From positions 144,176-208,175 of the forward strand of contig CAVVHO010000006.1 of NCBI GenBank assembly GCA_963748035.1: DNA of 64,000 nucleotides, written 5' to 3'. Under the pieces are notes generated by a model. It was given only the letters and a program-made list of their open reading frames with translations, was not told where the DNA came from and searched no databases. Of this stretch, positions 60,605-64,000 are shown in pieces (the first letter of the stretch is position 1; every line of letters starts with the position of its first letter). Origin of the DNA: an uncultured Gemmatimonadales bacterium (GTDB lineage: Bacteria > Gemmatimonadota > Gemmatimonadetes > Gemmatimonadales > GWC2-71-9). The translations under genes and the position numbers were made by a program.

Positions 60605-60977
60605 GTTCCAACGGGCTTCCGACGATTTCCGACGGGCTTCCGCGCAGTTCCAACGGGGTTCCGGTGATTTCTGACGGGGTTCCGCGCGGTTCCGACGGGC
60701 TTCCGGGCATTTCCGACGGGCTTCCGGGCATTTCCGACGGGGTTCCGCGCAGTTCCGACGACCTTCCGCACATTTCCAACTGACTTCCGCGCATTTTCAA
60801 CGAGCTTCCGCGCATTTCCAACGAGCTTCCGCCCATTTCCGACGGGCTTCCGCCCGTTTCCAACGGACTTCCGCTCATTTCCGACAGGCTTCCGCGCAGT
60901 TCCAACGGGCTTCCACGCATTTCCAACGAGCTTCCGCGCATTTCCAACGGACTTCCGCGCATTTCCAACGCTTCCCG
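60605..60977. repeat. Tandem array of about 17.5 copies of a 21-nt unit (consensus approximately TTTCCAACGGGCTTCCGCGCA)
   Basis: I parsed 17 full units plus a partial one. Each unit is two related half-sites, TTCCnACGrGC and TTCCGCGCAk. There are no spacers. All six frames are open across it. Confidence 0.92.
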
Positions 60978-61213
60978 AACTGCTGCGAACCGCGTTGGAG
61001 ACGCTTCCAATCGCCTGACTAACCCTTCATACGCATGGCACCGCTCTCGCGTTGTACTGCCGCGGCCGGTCGCTGCAGCGCTCGTGACTGTGGTCTGGTT
61101 CGAGTCATGGGCGCGTCGCGTTCCTACTATAAGGAAAGGTGGGGCTCAGGTATCTTGTTGCCGGTGACCGATTGGCAGCCAGAATCCCTCACGGGCACAG
61201 CAAGGACTTGAGA

Positions 61214-61729
61214 ATGATCACTCATGCTCGACGAGTAATGGCCGGAGTCATCGCCTTCAGCGGACTCTCTATTGGCGTTGGCTCCACCGCGGAGGCCCAG
61301 ATGAATTCGGTGACCCAGAGCGCCATCCAGAAAGAGGCGACCGTGACGACTCATGCGAAAGGGACCTTCGACGTCAAGGTGGCCCCCCTGGCAAGCGAGG
61401 ACAGCGCCATCGGCCGGCTCTCCCTCGACAAGCAGTTTCACGGCGACCTCGAAGGTACCAGCAAGGGTCAGATGCTCGCCGCCGGCACGCCCGACAAAGG
61501 GTCGGCAGGCTATGTCGCCATCGAGGTGGTAACCGGCAAGCTGAACGGCAAGAGCGGCACCTTTGTGCTCCAGCATGTCGGTTACATGAAGGGCGGCGAG
61601 GCCCACATGACCGTCACGGTGATCCCGGATTCCGGCACCGGAGAGCTGGCCGGCTTGGCGGGAACGATGGTGATTGTGATTGAGGGGAAGAAGCATTCGT
61701 ATGATTTTGAGTATTCGCTAGGGAGCTAA
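61214..61729 (+). CDS. DUF3224-like secreted protein
   Basis: Starts at ATG 61214 ([29 protein letters not shown] signal). [10 protein letters not shown]...[18 protein letters not shown]...[25 protein letters not shown] resembles DUF3224. Confidence 0.78.
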   Translation: MITHARRVMAGVIAFSGLSIGVGSTAEAQMNSVTQSAIQKEATVTTHAKGTFDVKVAPLASEDSAIGRLSLDKQFHGDLEGTSKGQMLAAGTPDKGSAGYVAIEVVTGKLNGKSGTFVLQHVGYMKGGEAHMTVTVIPDSGTGELAGLAGTMVIVIEGKKHSYDFEYSLGS

Positions 61730-61756
61730 CGCAAAGCGCGGCGGGGGCCGCCTGCG

Positions 61757-61895
61757 GCGGCCTGCGGGGTCGCTTCGCTCCTGCGGGCGCTCGCTGCGCG
61801 AGCGTGCGGGAACAGCGCGTAGTTCCCGCAGGGCGCCGCAGGCGCCCCCCGCAGGAGCGTAGCGACCCCGCACGAGCGAAGCGAGCCCGCCTCCC
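61757..61895. repeat. Compound GC-rich palindromic element (nested hairpins) between the DUF3224 gene and cydA
   Basis: The outer arms tgcggggtcgcttcgctcctgcgggcgc (61763-61790) and gcgccccccgcaggagcgtagcgaccccgca (61842-61872) are complementary. The inner hairpins are cgctcgc-tgc-gcgagcg, tgcgggaac-agcgcgta-gttcccgca and gcgcc-gca-ggcgc. Confidence 0.8.
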
Positions 61896-61927
61896 CTCGC
61901 CCCTCGCCTGCTGTAAATTCCCCACCC

Positions 61928-63262
61928 ATGTCCTCCCTCCTCGCTGCCCGCTCCCAGATGGCGCTGTCGCTCGCCTTCCACATCCTCTTCGCGGTTGTGG
62001 GCATCGGGATGCCGCTCCTCATGGTGATCGCCGAGCGGCGTTGGTTGGCGACGCGTGACCCGGTAGATCTCGAACTCGCCAAGCGCTGGTCCCGGGGCAC
62101 CGCGATCCTGTTCGCGGTCGGCGCCGTGTCCGGCACGGTGCTGAGCTTCGAGCTGGGGCTCCTCTGGCCCCACTTCATGGAGTTTGCCGGCGCCATCATC
62201 GGCATGCCGTTCTCGCTCGAGGGCTTTGCCTTCTTCACCGAGGCGATCTTCCTCGGCATCTACCTGTACGGCTGGGACCGCATCCCTGCTCGTGCACATC
62301 TCCTGGCCGGCGGGATGGTGGCCTTCTCGGGGATGATCTCCGGGGTCTTCGTGGTGATCGCGAACGCGTGGATGAACGCCCCGACCGGTTTCGAGGTCGC
62401 GGCCGGACGCGCCATCAACATCGATCCGCTCGCGGCCATGGCGAATCCCGCCGCCTTCCAGCAGACGCTCCACATGACGCTCGCGGCATACGCCGCCACC
62501 GGGTTCGTCGTCGCTGGCATCCACGCCTTGTTGCTGCTGCGCGATCCGCTGAACGGCTTCCACCGCCGCGCTCTCACCATCGGCCTGCTGGTCGGGGCAC
62601 CCGCCGCCGTCCTGCAGCCGATCTCCGGAGACCTGAGCGCCCGCCACATCGCGGAGCATCAGCCGGTGAAGCTGGCGGCTGCCGAGGCGCTGTTCGAGAC
62701 CCGCACGGCGGCGCCACTCATGCTGGGCGGCTGGCCGGACACTTCGACCCGCACGACCCGCTTCGGGATCGAGATCCCCTACGGTCTTTCACTCCTCGCG
62801 CATCACGACCCGAACGCCGAGGTGAAGGGGCTCGACATGGTACCTCAGAGCGACTGGCCCAACGTGCCGATCGTCCACCTGGCGTTTCAGATCATGGTGG
62901 GCGCAGGGAGCCTCATGGCCCTGGTCGCCGTATGGAGTCTCTGGACGATGTTCCGCGGGCGTGACCTGACCACGAGCCGTCTGCTGCTCCGCGCCATCGC
63001 CTGCTCGGCGCCACTCGGATTCATCGCGATCGAGGCCGGCTGGATCGTGACGGAAGTCGGGCGCCAACCGTGGATCGTCTACGGCGTGCTGCGGACCAGC
63101 GAGGCGGTGACACCCATGCCCGGTCTCAGCTGGACCTTCCTCGGTTTCTCCCTGCTCTACCTCTTCCTCGGCGTTGTCGTTGCATGGCTCCTGTACTCTC
63201 AGATCATCCGGAGCCCGAGAGAGCAGGACTGGCACCGGATCTATTCGCCCGTGAGGAAATGA
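61928..63262 (+). CDS. cydA: Cytochrome bd ubiquinol oxidase subunit I
   Basis: 444 aa. MSSLLAARSQMALSLAFHILFAVVGIGMPLLM... and GWIVTEVGRQPW (Q-loop/haem region motif) are typical of CydA. Confidence 0.93.
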   Translation: MSSLLAARSQMALSLAFHILFAVVGIGMPLLMVIAERRWLATRDPVDLELAKRWSRGTAILFAVGAVSGTVLSFELGLLWPHFMEFAGAIIGMPFSLEGFAFFTEAIFLGIYLYGWDRIPARAHLLAGGMVAFSGMISGVFVVIANAWMNAPTGFEVAAGRAINIDPLAAMANPAAFQQTLHMTLAAYAATGFVVAGIHALLLLRDPLNGFHRRALTIGLLVGAPAAVLQPISGDLSARHIAEHQPVKLAAAEALFETRTAAPLMLGGWPDTSTRTTRFGIEIPYGLSLLAHHDPNAEVKGLDMVPQSDWPNVPIVHLAFQIMVGAGSLMALVAVWSLWTMFRGRDLTTSRLLLRAIACSAPLGFIAIEAGWIVTEVGRQPWIVYGVLRTSEAVTPMPGLSWTFLGFSLLYLFLGVVVAWLLYSQIIRSPREQDWHRIYSPVRK

Positions 63263-63271
63263 GCCGTGGCC

Positions 63272-64000
63272 ATGCAACTGTCCCAGGCCGAGATCCTCGC
63301 TGGCGCCATCGTCGTCGCCCTGAACGCATACGTCGTCCTTGCTGGTGCGGACTTCGGCGGTGGTGTCTGGGACCTGTTGGCACGCGGGCCCAGGCGCGAG
63401 CGGCAGCGTGACCTGATCGCGCACGCCATCGGCCCGGTCTGGGAGGCGAACCACGTCTGGCTGATCCTGGTGGTGGTGCTGCTGTTCAGCTGCTTTCCGA
63501 CCGCCTTCAGCCGGCTGGTGATCAGCCTGCACGTTCCGTTGACATTGGTGCTGGTGGGCATCGTGCTGCGCGGATCCGCCTTCACCTTCCGGAGCTACGG
63601 CGGGGATGACGTGCCGGCACAACAGTACTGGGGAAGACTCTTCGCCAGCGCGAGCCTGGTGACGCCGCTCCTGCTTGGCGTGGCGGTGGGTGCGATCGCG
63701 GCGGGGCGGGTCGTGGCTCCGAGCGGTACCGGATTCGTGGCCGACTACATCCGGCCGTGGCTTTCGCCGTTTACGGTGAGCGTGGGTGTCTTGACCGTGC
63801 TGCTGTTCGCGTTCCTGGCGGCCGTCTACCTCACGGTAGAGACCGAGGAACCGGAACTGCGCGAAGATTTCCGCCGTCGGGCGCTGGGGGCGGGGCTCGC
63901 AGTCTTTCTCGGCGCGATGACGACCCTCGCGCTCGCCTGGGAAGAGGCGCCGCTGGTCTGGAAGGGGTTGGTGACCGCGAGGAGCGCGCTGCCGATTCAC
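63272..64000 (+). CDS. cydB: Cytochrome bd ubiquinol oxidase subunit II (N-terminal 243 codons, continues beyond the window)
   Basis: Own translation from ATG 63272: MQLSQAEILAGAIVVALNAYVVLAGADFGGGVWDLLARGPRRERQRDLIAHAIGPVWEANHVWLILVVVLLFSCFPTAF... This is the CydB hallmark (DFGxG, WEANHVWL). Absent from the ORF track because it is open at the window edge. Confidence 0.88.
   Translation, partial: MQLSQAEILAGAIVVALNAYVVLAGADFGGGVWDLLARGPRRERQRDLIAHAIGPVWEANHVWLILVVVLLFSCFPTAFSRLVISLHVPLTLVLVGIVLRGSAFTFRSYGGDDVPAQQYWGRLFASASLVTPLLLGVAVGAIAAGRVVAPSGTGFVADYIRPWLSPFTVSVGVLTVLLFAFLAAVYLTVETEEPELREDFRRRALGAGLAVFLGAMTTLALAWEEAPLVWKGLVTARSALPIH

Noticed and set aside
60552-61010. 152-aa minus-strand ORF encoding an (EMRGSPL)n heptad-repeat protein across the 21-nt array
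   Set aside because: The 21-nt unit lacks stop codons in all six frames, so any frame gives a long ORF. Third-position GC is no better in this frame than in others and is lower than in confident genes. There is no convincing ribosome-binding site. It is kept only as an alternative under the 21-nt array finding.

Overview
High-GC bacterial chromosomal segment. The gene families present (duplicated ADOP/MacB-type permeases, a CarboxypepD_reg TonB-dependent receptor, several sigma-54 activators, 23S-IVS-type four-helix-bundle genes) suggest a Gemmatimonadota/Acidobacteriota-like lineage, but this is inference only.

I call about 50 protein-coding genes:
- a partial aminotransferase
- a degenerate DEAD-box/DbpA-like protein, HU, tdk and coaE
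- gcvH-gcvP plus a lipoate-protein ligase
- a 5-gene peptide-type ABC importer
- two histidine-kinase / sigma-54 activator pairs
- RidA, PhzF and an M55 peptidase
- a roughly 1100-codon beta-propeller/amidohydrolase gene broken by six frameshifts
- uppS overlapping a geranylgeranyl-reductase-like flavoprotein
- a 1982-aa Ig-like lipoprotein whose C-terminal 3.5 kb is five 702-bp tandem repeats
- a MacAB-like export cluster (adaptor, two ATPases, two ADOP permeases)
- a lipoprotein plus TonB-dependent receptor pair
- sdhCAB and cydAB

I found no rRNA, tRNA, CRISPR, transposase or integrase.

Main observations:
1. Almost every intergenic spacer carries tandem arrays of 7-nt units (some loci use 8- or 9-nt units). 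They usually occur as inverted pairs that predict long hairpins able to pair in several registers.
2. Both four-helix-bundle (23S rRNA IVS protein / Avd-like) genes sit in the loop between such inverted arrays.
3. A 21-nt unit is repeated about 17.5 times downstream of the sdh operon.
4. A sigma-54 promoter, a 28-codon ORF and an intrinsic terminator form a small unit next to an orphan kinase/activator pair.
5. About eleven candidate frame disruptions are all +1 (single extra base, mostly in short G/C runs). This points to insertion-type sequence errors or a very biased mutational process.

All calls come from reading the sequence and the ORF track. No database search was possible, and hand-derived coordinates may be off by a few nt.
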